From positions 1 to 64,000 of the IMG/VR virus record IMGVR_UViG_3300002138_000037: a stretch of 64,000 nt of DNA. The stretch is one strand, 5' to 3'. This document shows, piece after piece, positions 7,688 through 16,670 of the stretch. The notes under the pieces are model-generated. The model did not search any database. It saw only the letters and a list, made by a program, of their open reading frames with translations, and was not told the origin of the DNA. Every line of letters starts with the position of its first letter. Position 1 is the first letter of the stretch. The position numbers were made by a program, and so were the translations under genes. This stretch comes from an uncultured virus (IMG/VR IMGVR_UViG_3300002138_000037). Taxonomy: Duplodnaviria; Heunggongvirae; Uroviricota; Caudoviricetes.

Positions 7688-7981
7688 ATGACATATAATC
7701 GAGGTAAAATATTAAAATGTGAATGTAGTGGTCATGCGTTGGAAGTTGAATATGACATCTACGATAAACAATATTGGTTTAGTATGTGGCATCTTGGTAA
7801 TAATGGCGCTATTTTACGTTGGAGTGAAAGAATTCGATGGTGTTGGCGAATTCTAACAACCGGACATCCTTGGGCTGACCACGTTATTTTATCCGAAGAA
7901 AGAAAAAATGAATTGGTTGAGTATCTTCAAACCGCAAGTGAAACCGCAGATAAAAAGGAAAAGGAAATTCTACTAGGTTAA
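7688..7981 (+). CDS. hypothetical protein (CxCxxH motif)
   Basis: 97-aa ORF, KCECSGH. Confidence 0.75.
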   Translation: MTYNRGKILKCECSGHALEVEYDIYDKQYWFSMWHLGNNGAILRWSERIRWCWRILTTGHPWADHVILSEERKNELVEYLQTASETADKKEKEILLG

Positions 7982-8021
7982 TATCCATTGACAAATGAGA
8001 AGTCTAATGTAACATAAAAAT

Positions 8022-8231
8022 ATGACAAATACCATTAATAAAACTAAACCGGTTAACAAAGTCAATTCACATAAATACATTGTCACTAGAGATGGATTTC
8101 GTGTCTCGGAGTTGGAATACAATAACCCCGAAAATGCGATTGATGAATATACGTATTGGAAATCGTTGACGCAAAAGTGGGATAAATCTTCAACGGTGGA
8201 AATCGTAGAAAAAAATCTACGTAAAGATTAA
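8022..8231 (+). CDS. hypothetical protein, leaderless
   Basis: TTGACA(7988)-16 bp-TAACAT-6 nt-ATG. Confidence 0.75.
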   Translation: MTNTINKTKPVNKVNSHKYIVTRDGFRVSELEYNNPENAIDEYTYWKSLTQKWDKSSTVEIVEKNLRKD

Positions 8232-8260
8232 CAGGGTGATTAAAAATATCAATTGAATTG

Positions 8261-8290
8261 AAAACGTGACTAGAAATAGTCACGTTTTTT
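8261..8290 (+). terminator. intrinsic terminator
   Basis: AAAACGTGACTA-GAAA-TAGTCACGTTTTTT. Confidence 0.9.
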
Positions 8291-8349
8291 ATTGTGCGTA
8301 TATTTGATTTTGGTATATTATTTTGATATTTATGTTCGGTTAACTTTTT

Positions 8350-8655
8350 ATGAAAAAAAATTGCTATAAACCAATGGTTCTACCGTCGTCAGATGGTGAA
8401 CTAAAATCATATGTCCACGAAAATAAGTTAAAAATGATGGATAGTGTCGTCAATTCAATTCAACACTCTGTTGAAAATGATCTCACTGTTATCGAGGTTT
8501 TTAAGTTCAAAAATTCCGATTTTGTTATCACGCTGGATAAAAATAATTTCTTATCCAATATGGAACAGATATACAGTTATTGTATGGAAAATGAATACTA
8601 CGAATTATGTAGTAAGATTAAGAAAGTAAATGTTAGATTGCTTAAAACTATATGA
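8350..8655 (+). CDS. hypothetical protein with UVR-like C-terminal motif
   Basis: ENEYYELCSKI; ATGA overlap with phoH. Confidence 0.7.
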   Translation: MKKNCYKPMVLPSSDGELKSYVHENKLKMMDSVVNSIQHSVENDLTVIEVFKFKNSDFVITLDKNNFLSNMEQIYSYCMENEYYELCSKIKKVNVRLLKTI

Positions 8656-9377
8656 AAAAAAGTAAAAATAAACTAACTGACAAAAGCCCAGTAGTTCCGC
8701 AAAACAAGAAAATAAAAAATCAAATAACCATAACAGAAAAACAACAATTAACCGAAAAACAAAAATCCTTCTTAGAATTGGCATTTGATAAAAATGTCAA
8801 AATGATATTCGTATCAGGTCCAGCCGGAACAAGCAAAACATATCTGGCTATTTTAGCATCTCTCAAATTAATGAATGATAGACGAGTCAGTGATCTCTTA
8901 TACATTCGTAGCGCCGTTGAAAGTAGTGATAGTAAATTGGGCTTTTTGCCCGGTGAGAGTAGTGAAAAAATGGCACCATATCTCCAACCATTATTAGATA
9001 AATTGGATGAGTTTCTTAGTCATGGAGATATAGATGCTTTACAAAAAGGTGGTCATATTGATTCTATTCCTGTTGGATTTCTCCGAGGATTAAATTGGAA
9101 TGCAAAGGCCATTGTTGCGGATGAAGCACAGAATTTAACCACCAAGGAATTGATGACGTTGATTACCCGTGTTGGTGAATTCAGTAAAATCTTTGTAATT
9201 GGTGATCCTGACCAAGCCGACATTAATGGTAAAAGTGGATTCAAGAAAATGTATGATGTTTTCGATGATGCTGAGAGTCGGGAGAATGGAATTTATACAT
9301 TCCAATTCACCGAAGACGACATTGTTCGTAGCAAATTAGTACAATTTATCATTAAAAAAACCAAAAAACAATTATAA
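8652..9377 (+). CDS. phoH: PhoH-family ATPase
   Basis: GPAGTSKT Walker A, LGFLPG, LRG, DEAQN, GDPDQ motifs. Confidence 0.95.
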   Translation: MKKSKNKLTDKSPVVPQNKKIKNQITITEKQQLTEKQKSFLELAFDKNVKMIFVSGPAGTSKTYLAILASLKLMNDRRVSDLLYIRSAVESSDSKLGFLPGESSEKMAPYLQPLLDKLDEFLSHGDIDALQKGGHIDSIPVGFLRGLNWNAKAIVADEAQNLTTKELMTLITRVGEFSKIFVIGDPDQADINGKSGFKKMYDVFDDAESRENGIYTFQFTEDDIVRSKLVQFIIKKTKKQL

Positions 9378-9399
9378 ACACATATTTATGTGTTGATAT

Positions 9400-9852
9400 A
9401 TGGCAAACAAACGAATAACAGAATTGTCCCCACTTACGTCTGCTAGTTTAGACTCGCAAGATTTACTTGTGGTCGTGGATAGAGATTTTTCCGAAACAAA
9501 AAACATGTCCGTACATGAACTTACCGGATATTTTACGGATAATCTCATTCCCAAAGAGTCAGAACATTCTGTTAGTTGTGAAAATTCCGAAACTGCGGTG
9601 GTTGCAGAAACATCGAGTCTTTCGACATATGCAACCACCGCAGGTTCTTCTACTTCATCATCTTATAGCGCCAATGCGAATGTTTCAGTGGTGGGTGGTA
9701 AAGATGGTATGGGATTTGCAGTTTATCAATATACCCAAAACCAAGTCAATAATTTAACAAATGTCCAAGCTGGTACGGTTATTTACAACTTGACTTCGGG
9801 TTCATTTCAGGGTTATGTTGGAAGTCAGTGGAGAACATTCACATTGACTTAA
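9400..9852 (+). CDS. short fibre/adapter-type virion protein
   Basis: MANKRITEL..DLLVVVD..TKN N-terminal motif and GTVIYN..FQGY..W C-terminal motif typical of fibre proteins; late motif at 9383. Confidence 0.6.
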   Translation: MANKRITELSPLTSASLDSQDLLVVVDRDFSETKNMSVHELTGYFTDNLIPKESEHSVSCENSETAVVAETSSLSTYATTAGSSTSSSYSANANVSVVGGKDGMGFAVYQYTQNQVNNLTNVQAGTVIYNLTSGSFQGYVGSQWRTFTLT

Positions 9853-9853
9853 T

Positions 9854-10015
9854 ATGAAAAAAGAAACATTGGAAAAGTTAGAATCCGTCCTTGAGGAAAT
9901 TATGAAATTGTCTTATGAGAAGGCAAAGGATGGTGACATAACCGACGCTAAAATAAATCAGTTATCCCACGACGGTAAGAAATATCTACTCACTCTGAAA
10001 AATACAGAGATATAA
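9854..10015 (+). CDS. hypothetical protein, 53 aa (not in ORF track)
   Basis: MKKETLEKLESVLEEIMKLS.. fills the gap exactly. Confidence 0.65.
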   Translation: MKKETLEKLESVLEEIMKLSYEKAKDGDITDAKINQLSHDGKKYLLTLKNTEI

Positions 10016-10055
10016 TAAATTGTCTTTTATTGGTCGTGACGTATATTCATGTCAT

Positions 10056-10715
10056 ATGAAAGAATATACCGAACAAGAATTACAAGATAATTACGAGTCA
10101 TTCATCACATTTCTTAAAAAGAATTTCGATGGTGAACGATTGGAGAAACTTCTCCACCTTTATAGTGAGAATGAATACGGACTTCGATTGATAACCGCTC
10201 CTGCTTCCGCAAAAGCACATTTCCACAATGCCTATATTGGTGGATACTTAGACCATATTTTAGGAGTTTGTAAAGCTTCCATGGGTGTCAAAAAGTTATG
10301 GACAGTAATGGGTGCGGAAATTGATTTCACCGATGAAGAACTAATTTTTGCCGCACTTCATCACGATTTGGGTAAATTGGGTGACCGACAACAAGGTGAA
10401 TACTATCTACCACAAGACAGCGACTGGCATGTAAAAAATCGTGGTGAGATATTCAAGTTCAACACCAATCTTCAATATATGGACGTCACTGACCGAGCTT
10501 TGTATATTCTTCAACAGTATGGAATTGTCTGCACTTGGAAAGAAACCTTGGGTATTAAGTTGTCAGATGGTCTTTATCACGAAGCAAACACCTCATATTT
10601 GAAAAATTACAATCCTGATTACGAATTGAAGACCAATCTTCCCCGTATCCTACATCAAGGTGATTTTATCGCTTGTCGAACGGAGTATGATTTGTGGAAA
10701 CGAGAAAATCGTTAA
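10056..10715 (+). CDS. HD-domain phosphohydrolase (YhaM-like)
   Basis: APAS..FHNAYIGGYLDH, LHHDLGK, ILHQGD; promoter TTGTCT(10020)-16 bp-TATATT. Confidence 0.85.
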   Translation: MKEYTEQELQDNYESFITFLKKNFDGERLEKLLHLYSENEYGLRLITAPASAKAHFHNAYIGGYLDHILGVCKASMGVKKLWTVMGAEIDFTDEELIFAALHHDLGKLGDRQQGEYYLPQDSDWHVKNRGEIFKFNTNLQYMDVTDRALYILQQYGIVCTWKETLGIKLSDGLYHEANTSYLKNYNPDYELKTNLPRILHQGDFIACRTEYDLWKRENR

Positions 10716-10748
10716 TCACGTAATACGTTTATATACATAGGTTTATAG

Positions 10749-10777
10749 AAAACCCCCATCGAAAGATGGGGTTTTTT
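10749..10777 (+). terminator. intrinsic terminator
   Basis: CCCCATC-GAAA-GATGGGG plus T-run. Confidence 0.85.
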
Positions 10778-10801
10778 CTTTTATTTCCATATTTATGTCT
10801 T

Positions 10802-11614
10802 ATGAACGTCTTTTCTTTTAAAAATTTAGTTGGTTTCACATCCTTTTTCATCGCAACCTGTGCAGCTTATTTTTCTATTATTGGTATTGCCATGTTATTT
10901 TCAGGTTCTATGGTCGCCGCAATCATTATGGCTTCCTCCTTGGAATTGGGTAAATTAGTAGCGACTAGTTATTTGTTTAGATATTGGGAATCGACTAAAT
11001 CGTTTTTGAAAATATACTTAACCATTGGGGTTGTTGTATTAATGTTTATTACTTCATTGGGTATATTTGGATATTTGAGTTCTGCATATCAAAAATCTTC
11101 TTTAGAAAACTCAACATACGAAGAAAAAATTGCAATGTATGAGTCTCAAAAATTGGTTACTCAGTCAAAAATTGAACAATCCAAAAGTCGTATATTAACT
11201 ATCGACAGCCTTCGGGTGAATCAAGAAAAGAGATTGAATGATTCAATGACGAATACTTTCTTGGCTCGAAATCCAATTCAATTACAAGAAATCCAAACGC
11301 AAACTTTGGACCTGATAACTAATAACGAAAAGAATATTGAATTAGAGAATCAGAAAATCCAATCTTCGAACGAGGAATTATTGAATTTGCAGACAACTAT
11401 TAATAACGTAAAAGTCGAATCTCGTAGTAAGAGTGATATAATCACATTTAAATATGTGTCGGATGAATTCAATGTTCCCATGGACACTATTGTAAAATGG
11501 TTCATTGCCCTATTAATTTCCGTGTTTGATCCACTTGCAATTTGTCTCCTATTGGCATATAATAACATATTATTCACCGACGATAAAAAAAAAAATTATC
11601 ATAAATACCCTTGA
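10802..11614 (+). CDS. multi-pass membrane protein with long coiled coil
   Basis: Three N-terminal TM segments, coiled coil, C-terminal TM with FDPLA; A11 run at 11585 may truncate it. Confidence 0.8.
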   Translation: MNVFSFKNLVGFTSFFIATCAAYFSIIGIAMLFSGSMVAAIIMASSLELGKLVATSYLFRYWESTKSFLKIYLTIGVVVLMFITSLGIFGYLSSAYQKSSLENSTYEEKIAMYESQKLVTQSKIEQSKSRILTIDSLRVNQEKRLNDSMTNTFLARNPIQLQEIQTQTLDLITNNEKNIELENQKIQSSNEELLNLQTTINNVKVESRSKSDIITFKYVSDEFNVPMDTIVKWFIALLISVFDPLAICLLLAYNNILFTDDKKKNYHKYP

Positions 11615-11789
11615 CATTAGTAATTTGAATGATAGTGTCGTGACAGATGAAACAAACACGGAATTAATATCATCAAATGTAGTAAAAAATGTCGATAAAA
11701 AGAAAAAACTGGCCAAACACACGAAGTTTGCGAGACTTTTTCGAAATTAATTTGATTTTTTGAATATTGGTTACTATGTAGTTTATGTT

Positions 11790-11930
11790 ATGGACGAAAA
11801 CAATATAAACGCAGTATTAAAAATGTTAAGAAAATCAACAACTCGATCAGATTGGGATTTGGTTTATGAGGCGATAGAATATCTCGAAGAATATGTCGAG
11901 GATACAGACGATGATGAAAGTTCTTATTAA
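11790..11930 (+). CDS. small acidic protein, 46 aa (not in ORF track)
   Basis: MDENNINAVLKMLRKSTTRSDWDLVYEAIEYLEE.. Confidence 0.65.
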   Translation: MDENNINAVLKMLRKSTTRSDWDLVYEAIEYLEEYVEDTDDDESSY

Positions 11931-11932
11931 AT

Positions 11933-12235
11933 ATGATAATTATAGTTTCAATTTTATTAGTGGTGTCGGTGGCAATCAATATTTTTCTTTATAAAGCGTT
12001 AAACGTAAGTCTTACGAAAGTAAAAATATACGAAGTCTGGATTTTGGATTTCAAAGAGATGGTTCAAGATACCTACGCTAAACTGAAATTTATTGACGAC
12101 CGGGAAATGTTTGAAAAGGATGATGAAGTTGGGTTTGTTTTTTCTAACATGGTTGATATAATAAACGATTTAAAAGAAAAAACCTATGACGACGATGATT
12201 CAAAAAACAAAAACAAAGAAAACAGTCAAGAATAA
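11933..12235 (+). CDS. single-pass membrane protein
   Basis: N-terminal TM helix, FEKDDEVG motif. Confidence 0.75.
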   Translation: MIIIVSILLVVSVAINIFLYKALNVSLTKVKIYEVWILDFKEMVQDTYAKLKFIDDREMFEKDDEVGFVFSNMVDIINDLKEKTYDDDDSKNKNKENSQE

Positions 12236-13082
12236 ACCCGGCTCTAGGAATAAGGTTACTTCTAAAAAGACATTCAAATCGGCTAAAATTAAAAATGTAA
12301 ATAGGGTTCAGATAGTCGATGTTTGTGAAGAAAAACCGAAAGTAACGCCGGTGCCCACACCTACACCAGTAGTTGAGGTTCCAGTGAAGAAGGTTCGTAA
12401 ACCGTCCTTTGAAAAAATGTATTTTACCAAAGATACGGAAGACTCCATTGTATTGTATAATAAAGAAGAAGATATTGATAAACGCAATGAAATCTTCAAC
12501 ACCAAGATAAAGTTTGCATTTGAAAAGTTGGTGGAGAATATCTTTAACACATTCAAATTCAGTTACTTCGATGTAGGTCCATTGGAAGTACAAAAAGAAA
12601 CGCTTTCACATTTGGTGGCTAACATTCATAAATATGAAGAAGGTAAAGGTAAGGCATTTTCATATTTCAGTATCATTGCGAAGAACTACCTGATATTCAA
12701 TAACAATTCCAATTACAAACGATATAACCAACAAGTTGATATCAGTGAAGAGAATGAAGCGAACACCGTTAGATTACAATCTGAGGATACACATCACAAA
12801 GAAATGGAAACTAAACAATTCATCACAATGATGGTGGATTATTGGGATAGAAATCTCACCGAGATATTCACCAAGAAGAAAGATTTGAAAATTGCTGAGG
12901 CAGTCGTCGAGTTATTCCGTAATAGTGATCGAATAGACCACTTCAATAAGAAGGCATTATATCTTTATATCCGTGAAATTTCTTCGTGCAAAACGCAGCA
13001 GATTACAAAAGTGATAAATAAGATGAAAGAGTATCAGAATAAGATTACTAAGCTCTATGTCGAAAACGGTTCCCTTAGTTAA
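12186..13082 (+). CDS. phage late sigma factor (gp55-like)
   Basis: YF..E.SIVLYN, KLVENI, region-2-like KAFSYFSIIAKNYLI; basic low-complexity N-terminus. Confidence 0.7.
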   Translation: MTTMIQKTKTKKTVKNKPGSRNKVTSKKTFKSAKIKNVNRVQIVDVCEEKPKVTPVPTPTPVVEVPVKKVRKPSFEKMYFTKDTEDSIVLYNKEEDIDKRNEIFNTKIKFAFEKLVENIFNTFKFSYFDVGPLEVQKETLSHLVANIHKYEEGKGKAFSYFSIIAKNYLIFNNNSNYKRYNQQVDISEENEANTVRLQSEDTHHKEMETKQFITMMVDYWDRNLTEIFTKKKDLKIAEAVVELFRNSDRIDHFNKKALYLYIREISSCKTQQITKVINKMKEYQNKITKLYVENGSLS

Positions 13083-13803
13083 TAAATATTACACCTATCA
13101 ATTGTCACATCCCCTTACAGACGAAGTATTTTACGTCGGTAAGGGGTGTGGTAATAGAATGTATAAACATGAAAAAGATGTGAGGTTGGGAAAAGTTCCT
13201 AACAAGACAAACTATAAGTTGTTTAATAAGATTTATGACCTAGTTAAAAAAGGTTTGTCTCCAAAGTATGAAAAGTTGATTGAGAACGTCGTGGAAATAG
13301 AGGCGTTATCATTAGAATCCGCATTTATAGATTTCTACGGTATGGAAAATTTGTGCAATTATTTGAAAAGTTGGTCGGGGGTTTCCGAAAGACGTCTGGA
13401 AACACGTATAAAACAAAGTTTGGCAAATAGGGGTGAAAAATCCTATATGTATGGTAAACCGAAGACAAAAAAACAAAAAGAGAAAAATCGTATCGCTCAT
13501 ACAGGAATTAATAATGCACGTTACATTAAAACAAAATATGCCTTTTACAACGAATCAATGGGAATAGTCGAAACTCTTACACCATATGATTTTAGAAAAA
13601 AATACAAAGTTGATAGTGGTGGGTTAAATTTGTTTTTAAATGGTAAAAGACTTTCTATAAAAGGTTGGACACTTGGTAAGGTTTCCTTAGAAGAAATAGA
13701 AAATGAACGACGTGAAAAAATTCGTCAAAAAACCAAAGGTGTTGCCAAATCGGAGTCACATCGGAAGAATTTGTGGAAAAATCGTAAAAGGCGGTCAATC
13801 TGA
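13057..13803 (+). CDS. GIY-YIG (LEM-3-like) homing endonuclease with NUMOD3-like repeats
   Basis: YTYQL..FYVGKG..R..H, E.AL.LE..I..YG..NL.N; MYGKPKT and KGVAKSESHR repeats. Confidence 0.8.
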   Translation: MSKTVPLVNKYYTYQLSHPLTDEVFYVGKGCGNRMYKHEKDVRLGKVPNKTNYKLFNKIYDLVKKGLSPKYEKLIENVVEIEALSLESAFIDFYGMENLCNYLKSWSGVSERRLETRIKQSLANRGEKSYMYGKPKTKKQKEKNRIAHTGINNARYIKTKYAFYNESMGIVETLTPYDFRKKYKVDSGGLNLFLNGKRLSIKGWTLGKVSLEEIENERREKIRQKTKGVAKSESHRKNLWKNRKRRSI

Positions 13804-13814
13804 TATTTATTGTT

Positions 13815-14195
13815 ATGGAAACTATCGAATTTGAAATATATAAAGGTAAGTCGTTCTCATCACTCTGTAAAGAAATTGTAGTTAATCAGAATGAAAAGAA
13901 GGACCAAATTGATATTTTAATCAGTGAACTCCGTCCGTTGATTAAAAGTGTGAACGACGCAATGGTTATCGTGCCACTTATTCGTGATTATCTCGACACT
14001 GGAATTAAAAACGATGAACAACTTGTAAAATTAGCTGCGGTTATACAACGTATTTTATCCAAACAAAATGAGGGTGGAGATGGTGACCAATCATTTGCCA
14101 TAACTGACGAGGAACGTAAACAGTTGTTGGATGCGATGCAGGATGTTCAAAAAAATTCCACCGAGTTAGTAAAAGTTAAGGAAATCAAATCATGA
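13815..14195 (+). CDS. helical hypothetical protein
   Basis: 126 aa, late motif at 13804. Confidence 0.75.
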   Translation: METIEFEIYKGKSFSSLCKEIVVNQNEKKDQIDILISELRPLIKSVNDAMVIVPLIRDYLDTGIKNDEQLVKLAAVIQRILSKQNEGGDGDQSFAITDEERKQLLDAMQDVQKNSTELVKVKEIKS

Positions 14196-15817
14196 ATTCA
14201 TCTGGTCGAACAATATTAAATAATTCAACCGATGATGTAAACAAATTATCCACTTTTAGAGATGTCAAATATCTCCAAGTGGGTGAAAACATGCCGCAGT
14301 TCGAACCGGGGGTTGTTTTGGACATCATTCTCGACGACAAACATCCTCTGTTTGCAAATGGGGAAATGGGAAACATTACCATTCCATCGGAATATCCTAA
14401 AAATTACAATAATCTTCCAGCAAGTTCTTCGGATAAAAGTTATTATCCAATTGGAACTGTGTTAGTGAGACTATGTTATACACAACAAAAGGTTGAGAAG
14501 GAAAATTTGATTTGGGCAATTCCAATTGATAGTAGTTTTACAACATATCCAGTATTAAATGAAGTGGTTAATGTAGTTTATATCTTGGATAAATTTTACT
14601 ATACAAACAAAATCAACACCAAAAATGACAACAATACCTCCGCCGATTTTAGATACGAACAGACATATGGTAAGAAAATATCCAATCGGAGTTATTCCGG
14701 TTCCACAACGGTTGTTGAATTACGTGGGCCAGAATCTCGACTCGATTCAACGAATGATAGATTCTATTCGGGGTTCCGTGGTATTTTGGGAAATTACTTC
14801 TGGTTTAATGATAAAATTCGAAATCTCAAACATTATGAGGGAGATTCAATTTTTGAAAGTCGGTTTGGTCAAAGTATAAGAATGGGGGCCTACGACGATA
14901 ATCGTAAAAATGATAAAGGGGTTTACGACAACTATAAAAGTGACAAGGAAGAGGTTGGTGGTGGCAATCCCATGATTTTGATTCGTAATAGACAAAGACC
15001 TATTGCGAAAGATAATACACAACAATTACATCCACTCTTAAATAAGATAGATGATGTTAACTCTTCACCAAATGAGAAGAATGTTGGTGGATATTTAATT
15101 GAAGATATAAACAACGATGGTAGTTCTATTCACATAACAAGTGGATTGACGGTATCAAGATTTAAAACAACGTGTTACAAAAAATACTTTTCAACAAATT
15201 CTGGTGAGGAACAGGTCAAATTTAATCCACCAAACGCAACCACGTTTAAAATGCCCGAATTGAGTGGGGATCAAATTGTAATACATAGTGATAGATTAAT
15301 TTTTGCGTCTAGGTTTGGGGAGACGTTACATTTTTCGAAGAAACGTTATATGGTAACAACTGATAGTGAATATACTGTCGATGCCCATAATCAAATAGTT
15401 TTTACCACAAATACCAAGACGGTGTTTAACTCACCAGCTATATATTTGGGAGAACATAATAATACAAACGAACCAGCGGTATTGGGTCAGACTTTAGCTG
15501 ATTGGTTATACGACTTATGTTTATGGTTGGAGGAACATACCCACTGGCACGAACACACCCATGAAGATGTGGGTGTTCCGACTCCTAAAAATACCCAAGT
15601 TCCGGTGCAAATCAGACAATTACGTAGTTTACGTGATAAGATTCATACCATTATGAGTCGTCGAGTATTTTTGACGGGTGGGGGTTATGCTCCGGGTGGA
15701 GATGGTGGAGAAATTGTAGATGGTGTTCCATCAACTAAAATAAACACATTCTCTGGAACGGGTGTTCCCGGTGGATGGCCAGCCTCAAATAGAAGAGAAA
15801 GTCCGAGAAAATTTTAA
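14192..15817 (+). CDS. baseplate central spike/hub protein (gp5/gpV-like)
   Basis: OB-like N-terminus (YPVLNEVV), EGD..ESRFGQSIR, beta-repeat region, HTHWHEHTH tip; upstream of gp25. Confidence 0.7.
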   Translation: MNSSGRTILNNSTDDVNKLSTFRDVKYLQVGENMPQFEPGVVLDIILDDKHPLFANGEMGNITIPSEYPKNYNNLPASSSDKSYYPIGTVLVRLCYTQQKVEKENLIWAIPIDSSFTTYPVLNEVVNVVYILDKFYYTNKINTKNDNNTSADFRYEQTYGKKISNRSYSGSTTVVELRGPESRLDSTNDRFYSGFRGILGNYFWFNDKIRNLKHYEGDSIFESRFGQSIRMGAYDDNRKNDKGVYDNYKSDKEEVGGGNPMILIRNRQRPIAKDNTQQLHPLLNKIDDVNSSPNEKNVGGYLIEDINNDGSSIHITSGLTVSRFKTTCYKKYFSTNSGEEQVKFNPPNATTFKMPELSGDQIVIHSDRLIFASRFGETLHFSKKRYMVTTDSEYTVDAHNQIVFTTNTKTVFNSPAIYLGEHNNTNEPAVLGQTLADWLYDLCLWLEEHTHWHEHTHEDVGVPTPKNTQVPVQIRQLRSLRDKIHTIMSRRVFLTGGGYAPGGDGGEIVDGVPSTKINTFSGTGVPGGWPASNRRESPRKF

Positions 15818-15829
15818 TATATATACGTT

Positions 15830-16246
15830 ATGAATGCAGATCAATTTAAAAAACTAATTCGTGAAATCGTTAATACGGAGTTAAAAACCGCATTACCTGC
15901 AATTTTGGATGAATATTTCAAGAACCAAAAACAACCAGTTGTTGAAAATACCACCAAAATATTAAAAAATGTGGTTGACTCGTCTAAAAGAATCACCGAT
16001 TCCAGACCAGCACCAGTTGTGGCTCCTAAAACCTTTTCAACGAACCCTATCCTAAATCAGATTTTAAACGAAACCACCGTTAAAATCCCCAATGACGATA
16101 GTAATTCGATGATGGCGTCTCAACAGAGTGCCCCCTCGGTATTAGACTCACCAGAGGCGGTGCCTGATTCGTTGTCTGGGGTCTTTACGAAGAATTATGC
16201 TTCGGTATTACAGGCTGCCGATAAAATAGCTAAACAAAAGAGATAA
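15830..16246 (+). CDS. hypothetical virion-associated protein
   Basis: FKKLIREIV N-terminus, NPILNQILNET motif. Confidence 0.7.
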   Translation: MNADQFKKLIREIVNTELKTALPAILDEYFKNQKQPVVENTTKILKNVVDSSKRITDSRPAPVVAPKTFSTNPILNQILNETTVKIPNDDSNSMMASQQSAPSVLDSPEAVPDSLSGVFTKNYASVLQAADKIAKQKR

Positions 16247-16248
16247 TA

Positions 16249-16668
16249 ATGGCCACCCGAACATCAGCATCATATGCACCTATTGGGTTAGAAGTTCCTT
16301 TTATAAGGGGAACTGGTGGGTATTTTCAGCAAACATTTGATACAAACAATCAAGTGAAACAAAATCTCATGAATTTTTTAAAGACCAAGAAGGGTGAACG
16401 CCGAATGTCACCGGAATTTGGAACAAAGTTGTATGAGCTGGTTTTTGAACAAAAAACGGATAATTTGAACGAAATTGCTAAAAATATCCTTTTTGAAGAA
16501 ATCTCATATTGGATTCCAGAGGTAAGTATTGATGAAATTGACATTATTAATGTTGAAAACCCCGTAGGAGATGATAATTATAAACTGAGAATATCTGTGT
16601 CGTTTACTATCAAACAGACGAAAACTGAAGATTCGGTAACATTTGACTTACAAAGTGTCAATATATAA
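16249..16668 (+). CDS. gp25: baseplate wedge subunit, gp25/GPW family
   Basis: QVKQNL..L.TKKGERRMSPEFGT.L..LVFE..WIPEV. Confidence 0.9.
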   Translation: MATRTSASYAPIGLEVPFIRGTGGYFQQTFDTNNQVKQNLMNFLKTKKGERRMSPEFGTKLYELVFEQKTDNLNEIAKNILFEEISYWIPEVSIDEIDIINVENPVGDDNYKLRISVSFTIKQTKTEDSVTFDLQSVNI

Positions 16669-16670
16669 TT

